Below are positions 23,225 through 33,343 of a DNA stretch of 64,000 nucleotides, piece after piece (the first letter of the stretch is position 1; each line of letters starts with the position of its first letter). The position numbers were made by a program, and so were the translations under genes. Source of the DNA: Alphaproteobacteria bacterium (GTDB lineage: Bacteria > Pseudomonadota > Alphaproteobacteria > MPNO01 > UBA830); contig OZ219791.1 in the NCBI GenBank assembly GCA_964291215.2, positions 3,008,001 through 3,072,000 of the forward strand, written 5' to 3'. Below the pieces are notes generated by a model, which worked only from the letters and a program-made list of their open reading frames with translations, made no database searches and had not been told where the DNA came from.

Positions 23225-24811
23225 ATGACCTATTTTGCGAATTGGAAGAAGATCCTCGTTGCGGTCATTTGCGTGTTCGGCTTTGCCTTTGCAGCCCCAA
23301 ACATCTTCAGCGATGAGAGCATCCGTGATGTGCCTTCGTGGCTTCCCAACCAGAAGATAAATCTGGGCCTCGATCTTCAGGGCGGCTCCCATCTTCTGCT
23401 GGAAGTCGATGTCGCGTCGGTTTACCGCGAGCGACAGGAAAGTGTCGTGGATGCAATCCGTACAGCGCTCAGGAGGGCGCAGCCTAGTATAGGCTATACC
23501 CGCCTCGGCGTTCGCGAGGGATGCGCCGGTTTCACACTCCGGTCGGCTGGTGACGCCGCGCGTGCCCGTGCCGCGCTGGAGGATGTCGTTGGCGAATCCG
23601 AGCTTGTCGTTGATGGCCTGGGCTTCCGCATATGCATGTCCGATCAGGAACGTGCCGACATCCAGACATCAGCTGTTTCGCAGTCGATCGAAATCGTGCG
23701 CCGGCGCATCGACGAGACCGGGACCCGGGAGCCGACAATCCAGCGCCAGGGCGAGGACCGAGTTCTTGTTCAGTTGCCGGGGGTGAAGGATCCGGAGCGC
23801 ATCAAGCGTCTTCTCGGAAAGACGGCAAAGCTGACATTCCATTTGTTGGAAAGGGGCGAAACCGCTGTGACGGCGTGCGGGCAGGGCCGCCGGCCGCCGC
23901 CCGGGGCGGTTTGTCTCGCCTCCGATGACGAGCGCGACGTCAATGACCAGCCGATCCAGTATCTCGTCAAGCGGCGCGTTATGGTCAGTGGCGATACCCT
24001 TGTTGACGCACAGGGCACCTTCCAGGATGCGCAGCCGGTGGTGTCCTTCCGCTTCGACGCCGTCGGTGCCAGGCGATTCGGCGACGTCACGAGAAAGAAC
24101 GTCGGCCACCCGTTTGCGATCGTGCTCGACCGCAAGGTCATCAGCGCTCCAGTCATACGTGAACCTATTCTTGGCGGCAGCGGGGTGATTTCGGGTAACT
24201 TCACGGTACAGTCGGCGCAGGATCTGGCATTGCTGTTGAGGGCGGGCGCCCTGCCAGCGCCGCTTACGGTGCTTGAGGAGCGCACTGTGGGAGCGGAGCT
24301 GGGGGCCGATTCCATAGCGGCAGGCAAGATGGCTAGCGTGCTTGCGATCGTTCTGGTCATCGTTTTCATCGCTCTTGTCTACGGCCTCTTCGGCCTGATG
24401 GCCAATGCCGCGCTGATCCTGAACATGATCCTTCTCGCCGCCGTGCTCTCGATGCTGCAGGCGACGCTCACGCTGCCGGGCATTGCCGGCATCGTGCTGA
24501 CCATCGGCATGGCTGTCGATGCGAATGTCCTCATCTTCGAGCGCATTCGCGAGGAGGCCCGTAACGGCCGGACTCCGATGTCGGCGGTAAGCGCTGGCTA
24601 CCAGCGCGCCCTGACCACCATTGTTGATGCCAACATCACGACATTGATTGCCGCGATACTGCTCTACGTCTTTGGGTCGGGGCCGGTGAAGGGATTTGCC
24701 GTCACCTTGGCGATCGGGCTTGTTACCTCGATGTTCACGGCCATCATGGTGACGCGCCTGATGGTAGTAACCTGGCTGCACCGTCGCCGGCCTGCAGCCC
24801 TGCCGATTTGA
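23225..24811 (+). CDS. secD: Protein translocase subunit SecD
   Basis: LGLDLQGG, LRAGALPA, GMAVDANVLIFERIREE. Confidence 0.97.
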   Translation: MTYFANWKKILVAVICVFGFAFAAPNIFSDESIRDVPSWLPNQKINLGLDLQGGSHLLLEVDVASVYRERQESVVDAIRTALRRAQPSIGYTRLGVREGCAGFTLRSAGDAARARAALEDVVGESELVVDGLGFRICMSDQERADIQTSAVSQSIEIVRRRIDETGTREPTIQRQGEDRVLVQLPGVKDPERIKRLLGKTAKLTFHLLERGETAVTACGQGRRPPPGAVCLASDDERDVNDQPIQYLVKRRVMVSGDTLVDAQGTFQDAQPVVSFRFDAVGARRFGDVTRKNVGHPFAIVLDRKVISAPVIREPILGGSGVISGNFTVQSAQDLALLLRAGALPAPLTVLEERTVGAELGADSIAAGKMASVLAIVLVIVFIALVYGLFGLMANAALILNMILLAAVLSMLQATLTLPGIAGIVLTIGMAVDANVLIFERIREEARNGRTPMSAVSAGYQRALTTIVDANITTLIAAILLYVFGSGPVKGFAVTLAIGLVTSMFTAIMVTRLMVVTWLHRRRPAALPI

Positions 24812-24823
24812 AGGGTGGGTCCG

Positions 24824-25774
24824 ATGCGCCTCATCAATCTTGTACCAGTTGGCACGCGGATAGATTTCATGCAGTTCCGCCGGTTCGCCGGCGTGCTTTC
24901 CCTTGTGCTTTGCGTTGCCTCGGTCGGGTTGTTTCTGGCCAAGGGTCTCAATTACGGCATCGACTTCCGGGGCGGCATCCTGCTTGAGGTACGCACGCCC
25001 GGGCCTGCTGATCTGTCGGAACTGCGCCGTACGCTGGGAGGGCTCGACCTCGGCGAGGTCCAACTTCAGGAATTCGGCCGCGACACGGATGTGCTGATCA
25101 GGATCGAACGCCAGGCCGGCGGAGAGAAAGCGCAGCTTGAGGCTGTGAAGATCGCGAAGAAAGCCCTTGGCACCGAGGTCGACTACCGGCGGACGGAATT
25201 CGTCGGTCCGAAGGTTGGCGCCGAACTGATTGAGGCCGGGATAACTGCGGTGCTCGTCGCCCTGGCCGCCATGCTGGTCTATATCTGGTTTCGCTTCGAA
25301 TGGCAGTTCGGTATCGGGGCGGTCGTCGCCCTGCTTCACGATGTCTTTCTGACGATCGGGATTTTCTCCCTGATCGGGCTCGAATTCAACTTGTCGACGG
25401 TTGCAGCAATTCTGACGATCGCCGGGTATTCCATCAACGACACGGTTGTCATCTATGACCGGGTCCGCGAGAATCTGCGCAAGTACAAGCAGATGCCGGA
25501 GAATGAGCTGTTCAATCTGTCGATCAACGGAACGCTGTCGAGAACCCTCCTCACGAGTGTCACGACTCTGATTGCGCTGAGCGTGTTGTTCCTGTTCGGC
25601 GGCGAAGTGATCAAGGGATTCAGCTTTGCGATGATCTGGGGTGTCCTGGTGGGAACCTATTCGTCTATCTTCGTTGCTGTGCCTCTGCTGGTTTATATGA
25701 ACCTTCGCCGAACGGGCCTGATCGTGGGAGAGGTAGACGACGACGATGTCGCGGGCGAGGGCAGGGCCCGCTGA
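24824..25774 (+). CDS. secF: Protein translocase subunit SecF
   Basis: GIDFRGG, GYSINDTVVIYDRVREN, GTYSSIF. Confidence 0.97.
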   Translation: MRLINLVPVGTRIDFMQFRRFAGVLSLVLCVASVGLFLAKGLNYGIDFRGGILLEVRTPGPADLSELRRTLGGLDLGEVQLQEFGRDTDVLIRIERQAGGEKAQLEAVKIAKKALGTEVDYRRTEFVGPKVGAELIEAGITAVLVALAAMLVYIWFRFEWQFGIGAVVALLHDVFLTIGIFSLIGLEFNLSTVAAILTIAGYSINDTVVIYDRVRENLRKYKQMPENELFNLSINGTLSRTLLTSVTTLIALSVLFLFGGEVIKGFSFAMIWGVLVGTYSSIFVAVPLLVYMNLRRTGLIVGEVDDDDVAGEGRAR

Positions 25775-26140
25775 TCGGGGAACGGCGGGCTGAACTGGGG
25801 AGAGCGGCACAGGCTACATCGAGCAGATTGCCATCGCATGGCGCGGCATCCCAGGCAATCGGCATTGTTGGCTGAGCCGTTGTCTGATGTTCTCTGCAGT
25901 TGGTCCGGTCTTCGGAGGTCGCGTCTGGTGTTCGTTTGGCGCAGGATGCCATTCGCTCCGCGCTGGATCGGCGGGCAAGGCAGCGTAGTCCGTCATCCGG
26001 ACGTTGAACCAGCTTCGTTGAACTGCCGAACCGTTGCCCCCGGGGTGCCGGGATCAGATGCCTTCGGCAGTGGCGAAGGTTACCGTGAAAAAACGGGTTG
26101 TCCGCATTCGGTCACAACCGAGGATAGCAGCGCCCGCAAC

Positions 26141-26630
26141 CTATCAATCTAACGCACGTAAATTCGTGTCTTCATCTCCTTCCGATTGGTACTCGTCCCA
26201 GCCTGCATGGCCCGAATGCTGATGACGGCCTGAGACAGGAACCTGACGCCCTCCCAGAGCTTCTGTGTCCCGGGCAGCGGCTGGCGCTTCGATGGATGGA
26301 TGCCGGCCAGCCCGCCGGTAAGCACGACGAAGCTCATGATGATCATGTGTCCCCGGGGAAGCTTGAAGCCGTGATAGGCGGCGAGGGCGCAGAGCGTCGT
26401 GATGTCCTCCCTCGTGACATACCGTTCGGCCGGGTCGTTCGGCCTCTCGCGGGCCAGGAAGGAGAGGTCTCAGACCCGGAACGCGGTGATCGCGTCGAAG
26501 ACGAAGCACTTCTTCAGGTCGTCGGCCTCGTCGAGGCGACGGTCCTCGATGCGGGTGCCAACCTTCAGGGCGTGGAAGAAGCGTTCGATCCTCCAGCGCA
26601 ACTCGTACCAGCGCAAGATGGTTGAGCGTT
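26141..26630 (-). pseudogene. IS4-family (IS50/Tn5-like) transposase C-terminal remnant
   Basis: WYELRWRIERFFHALK (YREK-type motif), IEDRRL, GGLAG..P.PGTQKLWEG; stop and frameshift present. Bounds approximate. Confidence 0.75.
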
Positions 26631-26709
26631 AGCACACTTTCTGACGGGGATTCCGTCGGTTCCGCTCGAATTGTTTGATGATCTGGGGTGTGTGCCCCTC
26701 AACCGCACG

Positions 26710-26944
26710 AACGAACGCCTACCCGTGCCCGGTCATCCAGCGTGCGCGGGCAAGATGACTTTCCAGGGCCTTGCGAACGCGCTCCGGTTCCTTGGCGGCG
26801 TCGATGCCGAGCACGATGCGCACCATCTCCTCCTTACAGCCCCCCTCGGCATCGGTGTCGAGAAGGAGAAGATACGTGATGAAGTGCTCTTCGTCGTATT
26901 CGGTGACCTGATCAGGGAACCTCGTCGACTATGACCGGAGCCAT
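26710..26944 (-). pseudogene. Small DUF2285-like protein remnant
   Basis: Across frameshifts: VDEVP*..VTEYDEEHFITYLLLLDTDAEG..EEMVRIVLGIDAAKEPERVRKALESHLARARWMTGHG, matching the alphaproteobacterial ICE-associated DUF2285 pattern from memory. Confidence 0.6.
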
Positions 26945-27049
26945 CTTGGCTGAGCTATGCCCATCGGCGTCCTCCCCCGCTCGAGCGATCTTGGTTTTTT
27001 TGTACTCGTTCTTGTCGGCGCTGGCTCGGCCGTCGCGATCTCGCGGGCG

Positions 27050-27508
27050 TCATGCTTCGAGCAGCGCAGTGAGACGAGCCGTGGCATCCGCGGCGAAGGG
27101 GTTGATAAACTCGACGCCGCTCAGGTGCCGGCCGTCCTGCATGTCCTCGCTGAGGATCGCGGAGCAGCCGATCTGCCGTACCGTGGCCCAGAGCATCGCG
27201 TCCCAGAACGATAACCGATGCTCCTCGAACGCGTCCATGGCATCGACGAGAGCCGTGTCGTCGGCGGAGGTGACGTGGAACACGTCAAGCCAGTCACGCA
27301 CGAAGGCGCTAGCCTGGGCGGGCTCGAGCAGGTTCTTCCGCGTGGTGGCATGGAAGAACTCGGTGAGCGCCTGGACGGTCAGCACGCAGTCTCGTTGGGC
27401 GGCTCTCCCCACGAGCTCCCGGGCCCGCTCGTGCCGTTCTCCGGCGTCGCGGTCGACGGCGTAGACGAGGATGTTGGTGTCGAGGGAGAACCGACCCTTA
27501 ACGGTCAT
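27050..27508 (-). CDS. PIN domain toxin (VapC-like)
   Basis: LDTNILVY, EFF, SFWDAML, SED acidic PIN residues. Confidence 0.92.
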   Translation of the reverse strand: MTVKGRFSLDTNILVYAVDRDAGERHERARELVGRAAQRDCVLTVQALTEFFHATTRKNLLEPAQASAFVRDWLDVFHVTSADDTALVDAMDAFEEHRLSFWDAMLWATVRQIGCSAILSEDMQDGRHLSGVEFINPFAADATARLTALLEA

Positions 27509-27743
27509 AGAGCTCTTCCCGCTCGACCTTGCGGCCGCCGAGCGAGGCACCCTCCTCCAAGCGCGCCGTCATTCGCTTATACGCCGCCGCCCACTCGGGG
27601 TCGGCCGTCTTGTCGGCCATGTGGGGCACCAGCTTGGCGATGGGGCGGCCACGGCGGGTGATCAGGAAGCCTTCGCCGTGCTCGACCTTGTTGATCAGCT
27701 TGGAGAACTCCTGGTTGGCGGTCATCAGGGAAACGGTGCGCAT
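27498..27743 (-). CDS. Phd/YefM antitoxin
   Basis: ANQEFSKLINKVEHGE..ITRRGRPIAKLVP; overlaps the toxin start. Confidence 0.92.
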   Translation of the reverse strand: MRTVSLMTANQEFSKLINKVEHGEGFLITRRGRPIAKLVPHMADKTADPEWAAAYKRMTARLEEGASLGGRKVEREELYDR

Positions 27744-27760
27744 TGATCTCGTTCAATAAC

Positions 27761-27801
27761 TAGTATATACTATATTTATCGCCATGGCTCGTCCGTGTCA
27801 A
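27761..27801 (-). promoter_or_regulatory. Putative TA promoter and operator
   Basis: Minus-strand TTGACA (27801-27796), 17 bp spacer, TAAATA; perfect 12-bp palindrome TAGTATATACTA at 27761-27772. Confidence 0.55.
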
Positions 27802-27819
27802 GCGCCTGCAGGTGTTTCC

Positions 27820-30701
27820 CACGCTGCATTCAATTTTGCTGTCTTCTGCTGTCCGGAGGTTTCACAGCGTGCCGGGTTTTCTGGCTTCGGGGCCGTCCGC
27901 GGTTGCCGGCGCGTGGGCGGGTTGTTTTCGGGTTGTGGGCGGCGTCCGGGAATCGGCCGGACACCATTGGCGCTCAGGGCTGCGACGGCTTCCTGGCGGC
28001 TTGCGGTAGCATGCGGGCGATCTTGCCGGGGTAGTTGATCAGGTCCTCGAGCGGCACGTATCGAGCGCTGCTCGAGGCGGGCCTTGCTTCCTTGAAGCGG
28101 CCACTGGCTCCCGGTCGATGTCGTCGAGGATGTCGAAGGTTCCGGGCGCCCTTGACCGGGAAGACGTGGTCTGCGCCGCAGCGCCGGGTGATCAGCATCG
28201 CTGGCGTCGTGCGGGTGATCACCTTGCCGCGGACATCGGTGCGCTCGAGGAGGTGGCCGCCAGCTCGCCGTCGTCGAAGTTCAACAGCGCGAAGGGGGGC
28301 CTGAGGCGTGAGGGCCATGGTCTCGTGGTGGCCGCCGCGGATGCGCTTGCCGTCGGCGGCAAGCGCCCGGGCGAGCCCGCGGCCGAGCATGTCCTCGAGC
28401 GCCTCGGGGTCGACCGACTGCCCGGTGGAGGGTCGCCCTGGAGGGCGGCTCGCGCAGCTCCGTCCTCGGGTTCCGCCGATGGCCTCGAGCTTGTCCCGGG
28501 ACAGCGACCGCGCAAACCGCGCAGCTGCCTTTCATGTTCGCAAGCTCGGCAAGAACGTGAGCACACCGTGTGCTTCCTGCGCGGCGGAAGTCCTCGATCG
28601 CCGTCAACTCGTCGTGCAGCGAACGCATCACTTCGGAACCCCGGGGAGCGAGGAGGCAGGCGGCGCCAGCGCCTGCGGGCGCGATAGCAGCCGTAGTTGT
28701 GTCAAGAATTGTCTGCAATTTCGGTCGTGGCATGGGTCTCCGCTGTTGGGGCTGCCGTCCTGGCGGGCCCGAGGGCCCGCCAGGACGGACAGAAATCCCG
28801 TCGTCACGCGGCCTTTCGCATGCGCTCGCGCTGATGCTCCTTCAAGTGGATCATGTTCAGGTAGCGGCTGGCCTCCAGCCAGTCCTCGTGGATCTCGATC
28901 GCCAGCGCCCGCACCAGACGCAGGCAGCTCTCCTCGTTGGGGAAAATCCGCACCACCTGGGTGCGCCGCTTGATCTCCTGGTTGAAGCGCTCGAGCATGT
29001 TCGTCGACTTCAGGTGCTTGTGGTGCGCCCGTGGCAGGCTGTAGAACGCAAACGTCTCCTCGATGGTCTCCTCGACCCACGACGTCAGCTTGGCGTAGTG
29101 CGACTGCCAGCGTGACAGCCACGCCGCGAGATCTCTCCGCGCCTCCTCGAGGTTGCCGCGGTCGTAGAGCCAGCGCAGCTCCTGAAGGCAGTCGTCGTCG
29201 CGCTTGCGCGGCATGTGGTCGAGCGCGTTGCGCAGAAAGTGCACGTAGCACCGCTGCTGCACCGCCTCGGGCACAACCTCGCTCACCGCCGCGCCAAGTG
29301 ATCGTCCCGGACCACAAACCGCACAGGCCGCGCTCCTTGAGTTGCAGCAGAAACGCCTTCCACGACGAGGCGCTCTCACGGTTGGCGAGCTCTACCGCAA
29401 GAACCTGGCGCCGGCCGTCCCAGTCAATCCCCAGCGCAACCAGAACCGCCTGAGAGCCGATCACCCCGGCCTCGCGGACCCGCTCGTAGCGGGCATCCAG
29501 GATCAGATAGGGAAACGGCTCCTCAAGACGCCGGCGCGCAAACGCCGCAAGGTCCGCATCCAGGCGCTTGACGATGTTCGATATCGTCGACGCCGAAAAA
29601 CTCTGCCCGCAAAGCTCCTCCGTGATCCGCTTCACCTTCCGCGTCGAAACACCCTGCACGTACATCTCCGCAAGCGCTGATACCAGCGCCTTCTCAGAGC
29701 GCTGGTAGCGCTCAAATACCGAGAAAAATCCGCCACGATCCTGCGGAACCTGAAGCTCCAGCGAACCCACACGCGTCACAAGCGTCCGCTTGTAATACCC
29801 CGAGCGGTAGCCCACACGCGTCAACGTCCGCGCACCCTTCGAGGCCCCCAGAGCCGACGTCATCTCGCTCTCCAGAACCTCCTGCAGATAACCCCGGAGA
29901 CTCTCGCGAAGAAAGTCCTCGTCCCCACCCAAAATCTCCTTGATCTCGGCGATCCCCGCCTTACGCTTGCTCTCGGTCATGGTGTGCCTCCTTCGTTGCA
30001 CGAAGTGCTTCTCAATCACTGGCATGCCATGACCGGTCAGGCTTGAAAACCCTTTTGCAGAACCTTCTGTACACAACCGCAGCCGTCGCGCCGCACAACG
30101 AAAATCTCCTTGCCATGGGGGTCGGTGCAGCGCCCGCGGGCAAACCCCTTGGTCCAGCGCACGCCAGCCCGCCGCCTTGTGCCCGCAAAACGCGCCGGAT
30201 CGCAGAACGTCTCCGCCACCTGGTGGCCGCAGGCCCAGTCGTCGGCCAGCCGCCGCGTCGCAAGAAAGAAGGAGGCGAGGTTCGGAAACGTTCCCGGCGC
30301 CGCAAGCAGTCGCGTGTTGTCAGATCAAGCCACTGCTGCTCCGGCTTCCAGCCACCGGTCGCGGCACTTGAAGGACCCGTCACGCCGCCAGACCACTGCC
30401 CCCTGAAGGACGCAACATGGCGCAGCCCCGCCAGACGGCGAAACCCGGGATAGTCGTCCATCAACACATCCCGCAGCGGACGCTCCTCAGGCTTCGCGAA
30501 CCTCGGACAGACCCTTCCGGAGCTGCGACGTGAATCGGGCAGGACGCGATGTGCTTGTGAACCGACATCCCCGCACCATGACAACTCCAGTGCAGGAAAG
30601 CCGGCGAAAACTGCAAAAAAATCTCCCGCACCAACCCGCGCCCCTGAAAACCCAAGTACTGCCTTGAAAAATCAAACAGAATTTAGCGTAAGATCACCCT
30701 G
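27820..30701 (-). mobile_element. Degraded ISAs1-like element with N-terminal DUF4338 domain, interrupted by IS256
   Basis: 30.09-30.5 kb: GFRRLAG..LRHVA..GSFKC..GWKPEQQ..PNLASF..AETFCDPARFAGT..TKGFAR (DUF4338-like). 27.97-28.69 kb: ISAs1-type fragments (ADGKRIRG, LNFDDGE, DVRGKVIT, HVFPVKG). Weak ends CAGGGTG/CACGCTG. Confidence 0.65.
28695..30078 (-). mobile_element. IS256-family element, frameshifted transposase (29980 to 28804)
   Basis: Imperfect ~24-bp TIRs, perfect 8-bp TSD GCAGCCGT (28687-28694 and 30079-30086); motifs GVSTR, LILDA, QRCYVHFLRN, STNMLERFNQEIKRRT. Confidence 0.92.
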
Positions 30702-31191
30702 CCACAACATCGGCTGGGTCAATGTCGGCATCAGCCATGACACCGCGGCGTTTGCGGTGGAAAGTACCCGGCGCTGGTGGCGGCGCCTCGGGCGCTACCC
30801 CGGGGCGGCGGCTGATCACCGCCGACTGCGGCGGGTCGAACGGGGCCCGGCTGTGGAAGGTCGAACTGCAGAAGCTCGCCAGGGAACTCGAGATCATGAT
30901 CTGCCGCCCGGCACCAGCAAATGGAACCGCACATCGACTGTTCTCGTTCATCAGCCAGAACTGGCGCGGCAAGCCGCTGCGCAGCCTTGCGACCATCGTC
31001 AGCCTGAATCAGAGCAACCACCACCGAAACCGGCCTCAAGGTCTATTGCGATGTCGACGAAAACACCTGTCCGAAGGGAATCAAGGATGCCGAGATAAAG
31101 GCCCTCGACCGCGCAAAATTCCAGGGCGGGTTGGAACTATTCACTCTTGCCAACACCCGACACAGACGCGATTGTTTCGTGACGCGCCCTT
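30702..31191 (+). pseudogene. ISAzo13-family transposase C-terminal remnant
   Basis: GWVNVGISHDTAAFAVES, LITADCGGSNG, PPGTSKWN, HRLFSFISQNWRGKPL; many frameshifts. Confidence 0.85.
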
Positions 31192-31194
31192 AAG

Positions 31195-31530
31195 TCCGCC
31201 TCTTCTTCTCCTTCCGATTTGCTTCGGTCCCAGTTTCGCATGGCCAGAACAGCGATGATGGTCAGTGACAGGATCTTGACGCCTTCTCAGAGCTTTTGCG
31301 TTTCTGGTGTCATCCGCCAAAAATACCGGAGAGCTCCGCCTTGGGTTTGCAGCCCTGAGCGGGCTGCAGGTGTTGCCGGCCTCGGCGGGGCAGCAGGCAA
31401 GGGGTTTGACCATCCGCTCTGTATTCAGTCGATGGTGATCGGCGAGTGAGTGCTCGACCGCTCGCGTGGTCGAATCCGTCCGGCGCTGCCGCAACGTAAC
31501 TCTGGAAACCGTCGACACGGTAGGCAATAA
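31195..31530 (-). pseudogene. Second IS4-like transposase C-terminal remnant
   Basis: ETQKL*EGVKILSLTIIAVLAMR parallels GTQKLWEGVRFLSQAVISIRAM of the 26.2-kb remnant. Bounds approximate. Confidence 0.5.
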
Positions 31531-31685
31531 TGTATCCGGGAGGCGCCGACTATGACTGCCCGGGCGGAAACGCCCGGCAGGCTTCGCAATCCGCCAGCGC
31601 GGATGCAGCCCGGCGAAGCGAGTTGCTGAAGGCAGCGACGATCCTGTCAGGACTCCGGTAACCCATCTTCCCGAAGCGAGGAGAC

Positions 31686-32924
31686 ATGAGCCAAACGGCC
31701 ATTAGACCCGCCCTGCGCACCGGCGAATTCGTTCCCCTCGTTGCCCTCCTGATGGCGCTTGTCGCGCTCGCGATCGATGCGGTGCTGCCAGCCTTGCCGG
31801 CGATAGGCGAGGATCTCGGAGCCGGGCGCCCGAATGACCTCCAGTTCGTCATCTTGGCCCTCTTTGTGGGGCTCGGCTTCGGTCAGATCATCTCCGGGCC
31901 GCTGTCTGATGCGATCGGCCGCAAGTCCGCGATCTATATCGGCCTCGCCCTGTTCATGGGCGGATGTCTCATGAGCATCTTTGCGCCCGCTTTCGAGGCG
32001 ATGATCGTGGGTCGTGTGCTGCAGGGCATCGGAATTGCCGCGCCGCACACCGTGACCATCGCCCTGGTGCGCGATCAGTACGAGGGACGTCGGATGGCTC
32101 GCCTCATGTCGTTCGCGATGGCCGTGTTTATTCTTGTTCCCACCGTCGCCCCCGCCCTCGGGCAGTTGATCCTGTGGCTGGGAGGTTGGCGCGCGATATT
32201 CACCACCTTTCTGGCCATCGCGGTGATTGCGCTTGCATGGTTCGGGCTTCGCCAGCCCGAGACTTTGCCGGCAGCGCGGCGGCGGCCGTTTTCCCTGCGG
32301 GTCATCGGAGGCGCCGTCCGCGAGGTCGTCAAGACCCGGGCCGCGCTCGGCTTCATCCTCGCCTCCGGATGCGCGCACGCGCCATTCGTTGCCTATCTGA
32401 GTTCTGCCCAGCAGATCTTTCAGGACGCCTACAGGACCGGCACCCTGTTTCCGGCCTATTTCGGCGTGTTGTCGCTGGCAATCGGAGGCGCCGCGCTCGC
32501 GAATGGCCGCATCGTCATGAAGTACGGGATGCGCCGTCTTTCCGGGACTGCGGCGGTAGCGCTGACACTGGTTTCGGTCGCCGCGTTGCCGTTGGCCTTC
32601 GCCTTCGGCGGGCTTCCTCCGTTGTGGCTGTTCATGGCCTACATGATCGTCGTCTTTCTCTGCATCGGGCTCCTGTTCGGAAATCTCTATGCGCTCGCTA
32701 TGGAACCTCTCGGCCACATTGCCGGTGTGGGCGCTGCCGTGGTTGCCTCGGCTGCGACCTTCATAGCGGTACCTCTTGGTGTAATAGTGGGGCAGAGCTT
32801 CGATGGAACGATGTACGCTCTCACCGTCGCTTTCGTGGTCTGCGGCGCTGGCACCGTCGTTGCGATGCGATGGGCCGAGGCGAATCGCGGCAGTCAACGC
32901 ACGGCGCCCGTCGTCGAGCCGTGA
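31686..32924 (+). CDS. Bcr/CflA multidrug efflux MFS transporter
   Basis: IDAVLPALP, GPLSDAIGRK, GRVLQG, APALG, PETL; GAGGAG RBS. Confidence 0.92.
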   Translation: MSQTAIRPALRTGEFVPLVALLMALVALAIDAVLPALPAIGEDLGAGRPNDLQFVILALFVGLGFGQIISGPLSDAIGRKSAIYIGLALFMGGCLMSIFAPAFEAMIVGRVLQGIGIAAPHTVTIALVRDQYEGRRMARLMSFAMAVFILVPTVAPALGQLILWLGGWRAIFTTFLAIAVIALAWFGLRQPETLPAARRRPFSLRVIGGAVREVVKTRAALGFILASGCAHAPFVAYLSSAQQIFQDAYRTGTLFPAYFGVLSLAIGGAALANGRIVMKYGMRRLSGTAAVALTLVSVAALPLAFAFGGLPPLWLFMAYMIVVFLCIGLLFGNLYALAMEPLGHIAGVGAAVVASAATFIAVPLGVIVGQSFDGTMYALTVAFVVCGAGTVVAMRWAEANRGSQRTAPVVEP

Positions 32925-33343
32925 TCGCCTGTCGCTGATGTGGCAACGGAAATGCTTGCGATCAAAAGCGGAGTGCACCTCAAAGACCGGAGCGGCAGCA
33001 ATGCCACGATTGCACCGGCGAACGGAAAGAAAGTTCGCTCCTCGAGCCCATGCTATCCAATTGATGTAGCGTCGGTGTGTAGTTCAGGTGAAGCACAAAG
33101 AAGGTATCTACTCACCCCTAGTTGGGTTCTGATTGGTCGTGGTGCTCGTTGATGATGTCTGCGGCTTTTCCGTCGAGGGCGATCTGGGTGGCGACGAGTG
33201 GGTTGTAGCCGAGTGCGGCCATAGAGGTGAGGTAGCTTGAGCCCCGGCACCATGCTTTTGCGTGGAGCGGAAGCATCCGGACACCTTGACCTTTGCCATC
33301 CTGATCTTCTGTTCTCCGGCATTGTTGGTGAAGCTGACATCGG

